Source of the DNA: Pelomyxa schiedti | Lineage: Eukaryota; Protista; Evosea | Length of the DNA stretch: 64,000 bases | Assembly: GCA_020536535.1 (NCBI GenBank) | Contig: JAHLWZ010000041.1 | Location: 7,839-71,838 of the forward strand | Direction of reading: 5' to 3' | Shown: piece by piece, positions 58,521 through 64,000 of the stretch | Layout: every line of letters starts with the position of its first letter | Numbering within the stretch: position 1 is the first letter of the stretch | Translations under genes and position numbers: made by a program | The notes under the pieces: model-generated | What the model saw: only the letters and a program-made list of their open reading frames with translations | Database searches by the model: none | What the model was told of the DNA's origin: nothing

Positions 58521-61500
58521 AGGGTTGTTGGTTATGGTCTTCAGCTTTAACGATCCTGGTGAGCTGCATGGGGTCATCGTAGGTGACCTCGGTGTACGCA
58601 ACCTCGAGAAGCTCTTGCTGCATCATTTCGTCTATAAGATCGATGGGTGAATTACCACGGATGCATCTGTAATCTTTGTCGTAGACGTAATGTGGTTGTC
58701 CGTTCTCAGCGTAGTAGTGAAATCTGTGTTGTTGTGTATGTGGTTAGCGGAAGGAGGTTTGGGTGTGAGTGCGGTGCGTGCGAGAGAGTGCAGTGGGGCA
58801 GTGGGGGCAGTGAAAGTGTTCATAATTGGCGATTTGTGTGCCTTCTAGTGGTATAAATAAATATTATGTATGGAATAGACAATAATAGACAAGTTCAGGA
58901 TTCAATCCATACCCCTCATATTCCACCGTTTCGCCACGCCTAATGCAGAACTCAAGTCCCGTTTTCTGGATCCTAACTAGGAATTCGCCTTCTTGTGTGA
59001 GGAGATGCGTACAATCCTGGTCTGTTGCAAAGGGCAAAAACCAGTGTTCCCTTGTCCACTTGTTCATCTGGTTGTGGGTTGAGTGGGTGTAAGTAATTAA
59101 GTAAATGAGCAAACAACTCTACGCGGGCACGGGAATTGTTGTTGTTGTGAGTGGGGTTGGGCATACTTCGGTGAGAAGCGATTTTTGAGCCATGAAGCCT
59201 AATCCCAAGCATTTGACCAACTCGCTAAAGCGTTTTGTTGTGAGAGTTTCGGTTTTGTCATCTGAGTGTGATTAGACAGATGGAGGAGAAGTTTGTGGTG
59301 TTGTTGTTATTGTGGGTGGTGGTCGTGTAGGAAATTTAAAACAGGTGTCTGGAAAGTACTCATACCACATGCCAGTTTCTTTATTCCTGGGAGATATTCA
59401 TTGGTGTCTCCCGCGATGGCTGTCACAAAGTTTTGCCATTCCACGGTTTCGCGGACCCCAAAGTTGTTTATCCACCATTGCGTGGCTTCCGAGTTCTGGA
59501 TCTCCAGCCCAATGTTCATAGCCGTCAGTGTCTCAGTGACCTCCTTGATGGAGGGTCTCTGGCAGAGAGAAATAAGTACAGTACAGAAGAGCATAATACT
59601 CACCACTGCTGGGTCAGGGTCCCACATCCGTGCAATCAAATCCCTCTTTTTTTTAAATAAATTTTATAATGATGAGTCCGGTTGTCGATGAAGGGAGAGA
59701 AGGAAAACACAGCACAACGCAACACAACACAACACAACACCAGCACGGAGGGTTGGTTCATTCATATACACACCAATAGCGGGTGCATGGTACGTGGAAG
59801 GTCAGGCCGCTCACCGTTCACACATATACTTCGATACAATTCTTCACGATCCCTCCAGCCTTTATCCTCCTGAAACTGGTCCCTTCCTGTGAATAACTCA
59901 CAGAAAGTAAGCCCCAAGGAGTAACTAAGAGGGAAGTGCCATCATGAGTGGAGGGTTATATTAAGTCATTCACGTTTTTTCAGTCTCACACATACACGTC
60001 GGTAGCCGTCGATGCAGTGTGTTCGGCATAAAGGGGCTTTCCATTTGCAACATATTTGCCAACAAAGTTTTCCGCTATTGCCACCTGCTCCAGTAGCTCG
60101 GGCGCAAAGTACCTCACTAGAATGGAAAGAAGAAAGGAGAGGAGTCAAAGCAAAGCAACAAAAGTGACTGCGCAAAAGCTTACCATCTCCCAAGATATCC
60201 TTAACATCGAGGCTGTTTCGCCCCTGTGGGAGCTTACTGCAACACCCGAAATCGCACATCTGGTGTGTAGAGGGTGGGTGGATTTTTCCATGAGTTTCGA
60301 AAAGTGCATTGAGTGACACACCTGTATTCTGAATAGTCCCTCATCCACCAAGAAATTCTGCGGCTTGATATCTCTGTTATTTGTTTTAAGAGGGTAGTGT
60401 GCCAGTGGTTATTTATTAGAGAGTTTGATACCGGTGTATTACACCGAGAATCCCATGAAGGAAAGCAACGGGACGGGCCATCTGTCTTGCCAGCTGCACA
60501 TTAGTTCGCAGCTGCTCCGACCCGTTGTGATGACCAATGAACTCCTTGAGGCAAGAGGGCACGTGCCGTGGGTCGTGAATGAGTTTGCCCAAGTCGGTGC
60601 ACGCCTTTGGCATGACAAGTTGTACAGTGTAAAATTGACTTCCTTCGGGGAGGAAAACATGAGCTCCTGATGAGAGATTGGGGTAAGTGAATAGTAGCAA
60701 GCAGAAGCAGAAGCAGAAGCATAAGCACAGCATAAATAAGAGATAGATAGATATGTATGTATTTTCCAAATTTATAAGAAATCTGATAGGTTTTTTTTTT
60801 GTGGATGTTTACCCATTAGCCTCACAATATTCTCGTGGCCAGAAGAATCCCTGTAGGTGGTGGTAGTCTCAGTGAGTGCAAAAAGAAAAAGAAAGAAATT
60901 TGTGTTGTTTAAAATTAGGCAGGCTTCTTAAAAGAGTCAGGAACCAACAACAAAAACAGCAACAATAACAGTCAACACAAAGCCATCAAAAAAGTGTAAA
61001 AGTCGGGTACATTACCGCAGTGGCAAAGCCTCCCTTTCCAAGAACTGCCTTGGGTCTGCAACATTTTCGATTTGCTTCACAGCCACTGGAGTTGCTGCAC
61101 TCACGAGGATCCCTTTTTTTTTGTTTGTTTGTTTTTCCCAGTTACACTCAAAGAAGATTGATGTGATGAGAGGGAAATTACCTGCGAATACTTTCCCAAA
61201 ATAACCACGCCCAAATGGGTTTTTTTGCAGTTCCAGTTCACTTGGTTTGATTTCGTGTGGGGCTGAGGTCCACCCCGCCCTCTTCTGTGATTCAATCCAT
61301 GTCTCCTGTTCAGTATTTCCCTGTGCACCAATGCTCCCACTCCCACTTCCACTCTCGCTGTCACTCTCATTCTCACTACGCGTTCCATAACTTGAGCTTG
61401 AGCTATCCCTGTCAGAGTGATTGTAGGCTATCTGGTTCTCCCTTTCATCACAATCTCTTTCACTTTCATCATCATCTTCATGATCACCACTTTTAGTACT

Positions 61501-63269
61501 GCCTCCATGGGTGTGTTCCCTGCTGTAAATTCTCACACCACTCCCACAGGCACTCCCCTTTCGGCCCCAGGTCATGCCTGTTGACAACAATGGAGTGACG
61601 GAGGCCGACGGCGGTGAAGAGGACGACGACAACAACGATGTGGCACTGCTGCCGGAACTTCCAGATGGCAGCTGCTGATTATTTGGGGCATGGTCCTCCT
61701 GCAGTGATGGTGGTTGTACTCCCATTACCATTGCCATTCCCTCACGTTCTTGTTTCTTCTGCTTTTCTCGATCAATAAGTGGCAGTGGACGGAGGAGTTG
61801 AGCTTCTTCATCTTCTGGGTGGTGCTGGGACACACGCCGCTTTTTGCTCATTCTTCCGCGCAGAAGCTCGTCACCACTGTAGCAGTATCTGGTCTCCTCG
61901 TCCAAAACTGAAGAAGATACAGCGGCTGACTTGTTTCTGGATGAACGCAGGTGTGACGGCGAGGATGTAATTGGGCTGCTGCCTCTTTGAGATTCTTCTC
62001 CCCACTCCCGGTTTATTGCAGTTGGGGGAACGACGACCTGTGCGGGCGGCAAGTCCTCCTTTTCCCGTTCCTCCTCGTTCTGAGCGGTGAAGCTCATGGA
62101 AGTGGAAAAGGAACTGCCATTGTGATCGTGATTGTAATTGTAATTGCAATGGCAATTGGAAGCAGAAGAAGAGCCAGCAGAACTGTAAGAAGTGCAATTG
62201 GTGGCAGCATCATTACATTTGGGACTGAAATTGAGCCTTGACGACCTGGAACTGGAAGTGTAATTGTGCTTGGCAAAGGCAGAAGTTCTGCTGGAGGATA
62301 CATAGGGAGTACAACGGGAAGCGGGACCATTGGTATTGCGAGATGAGGAACTGTTGTACTTTGGTGATGTTATTGTTGGGGTGGTGGTTCTTGGTGGTGG
62401 CGCATAAGAAGTAGGGGGTGGAGCAACTTGCTGTATCGGGCGCTGCAGGGACCTTCGGTTTTGCTCGTCTCGGTTCGCCCTGAACTTCTCCATCTTCTGT
62501 CTCAACTGTGTTGGAGTGAGAAGACTTCGTCCATGAGCGATAAGTTCTTGTTGATGAGCTATGTACTGAGACTCGGTGAGCCAAGTGATTTGAAGTTTAC
62601 CCGATTTCGGGGGATTCAGAGCCGCAGTTCGTTGGGCTTGTAGTGATCGGAACATGACGAATGTAAGGCCATTGTCATGCCCAAAGCAGTCTCTGTGTGT
62701 TTCGGGTGAGTGTTTAGTTTGGTTTGGTTTGGTTTCAAGAGTCAATTGTTGGTATTATACACAGCACACAAACAAAAACAATAAGTAAGTAATTGTGGGT
62801 TTTAGGGAATTGACACAACAGGCACACCACAACACACGTGACGGTTCGTTCATTTTACCCGAAAAACGGGATTATTGATACGGAAGAAAGTGGTGAATCA
62901 CCGAACAATGCATTGAATTTGTTCACAGTGTTGTGTCACATGAGAACAGCACAATGATGGAATGTGAAGGGAGGAGAGAGTAAGTTGGGCTGAAGGGACC
63001 GCAGACAGGAGATACGAGATACAAGATTTCTTGTTGTTTTGTGTGTTACACGGCCAGAAGCACACAACACGAAAGAAAACAACCCAAGCGCTGGAGGGTG
63101 AGTGTGGTTACAGATGGATGGGATCATACAGTCCGGGGGCCACCGCTTCCAACTGCTCTCGTGTCACCTTCGATAACGGGTTCTCCGTGTACAGCGTGTT
63201 CGAGTCCCCACACATGTACACCGGCGACGATCTTGTCGTCGATGTGGTCGCGGTTGTAGCAGGGTACAT
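58521..63269 (-). CDS. TKL kinase with N-terminal divergent RRM-like domain, low-complexity linker, SH2 domain and Tyr tail (paralog B)
   Basis: EIKPSELELQKNPFGRGYFGKVFAG, PVAVKQIENV, HENIVRLMG, VIHR|DIKPQNFL, MCDFGC, YFAPE, RMWDPDP, QRPSIKEV, WTREHWFLPFATDQDC and TYDDPMQLTRIVKAEDHNQQP*. Intron positions match paralog A. Candidate ATG (MYPATT) at 63269. Confidence 0.87.
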
Positions 63270-64000
63270 ATTCTCTCTTTGTTGTTGTTGTTCGCTTTGC
63301 TTTCCTTTTTTTTGGTTTTTTTTCTTTTCTTTTTGTTGTTGACGGTGGCGCGCGGCACCTAATGCTTGGCTTTTTTTTTTTGCAAATTTTTTTCGCATTG
63401 ACTCAAATATTTCCATATTTCCTCCTTCCCCTAACTATGCTGTTTCGTTTAGCACCGCCAACAAAAGATACAGCAACGCATAACCCCACAGAAAGTCACT
63501 GCATTGACATGATACCTGCACAGTGGAAGTAACGCCTCAGCAGCGCGATTGACTGAACCCCTGTCAAATGATTGGGAAGACCATTTGGACACGAGCTGTT
63601 GTGTGTGGCACCCTCGTTATGGAGCTCTCCTTTCAGTCCAAATGTTAGCCCACCCTTCTCTTGCATCCCCGCAATAAGGTTTAACCCTTTTAAAGGCAGG
63701 GCATGCATTAACACCCAACATACCAATCAAGCATATCCAACACACCACAATACAAAAGCGAATGCACATCACAAGCACGTTGTTCCCAAACACATAACAT
63801 AAAGACTCCCATAAAAAAAGGTGGTTTTGTTCATAAAGACAGACCACAGTTTCATTAGTGGTCTTCTTGCTGCTAGTAGCAGTCGATTTGATTCGATAAT
63901 TCCGCGAAAATTTTGAAGTCGATGAGGTGGTTCTTTTCTCATCAGCCACAGAAAACAACTGGCAACAAACCACCCCAAAAACCTTGGTGGGGTTGGTTGT

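Noticed and set aside
63420-64000. Short ORFs at the window end
   Set aside because: They have no recognisable motifs or consistent splice pattern, so a gene cannot be supported.

Overview
This 64 kb window is from a compact, intron-dense eukaryotic genome (short GT-AG introns of about 30-60 nt, intergenic gaps often under 150 bp). The gene repertoire fits an amoebozoan, possibly an archamoeba such as Pelomyxa (inference, not verified). About 25 spliced protein genes or gene relics are visible and no rRNA, tRNA or CRISPR feature can be supported. Signalling genes dominate: a bacterial-type class III adenylate cyclase, an Ig-fold/IPT/ankyrin transcription factor, an Shk-like TKL-SH2 kinase, two paralogous TKL-SH2 kinases 41 kb apart, a TKL kinase with three SH3 domains, a RhoGEF and a TBC RabGAP. 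Ubiquitin and housekeeping genes include a USP, a SAM-SAM-U-box protein, a membrane RING E3, an FKBP-TPR protein, RabGGTase alpha and a Stealth phosphotransferase. Several spliced genes look bacterial: two head-to-head YbjN-like genes, a nucleoside hydrolase and a DUF4434 hydrolase. The most unusual signals are: the duplicated kinase pair with an apparent divergent RRM at the N-terminus and a conserved post-SH2 tyrosine tail; the YbjN pair, one possibly fused to the SH3 kinase; a polytopic E3 with both an Rcat-like and a RING-H2 motif; abrupt GC-rich codon islands inside single exons; and a hairpin-containing tandem array bounded by imperfect inverted repeats around a 100-N gap. Gene boundaries were reconstructed by eye and are approximate unless a stop or start codon is cited.
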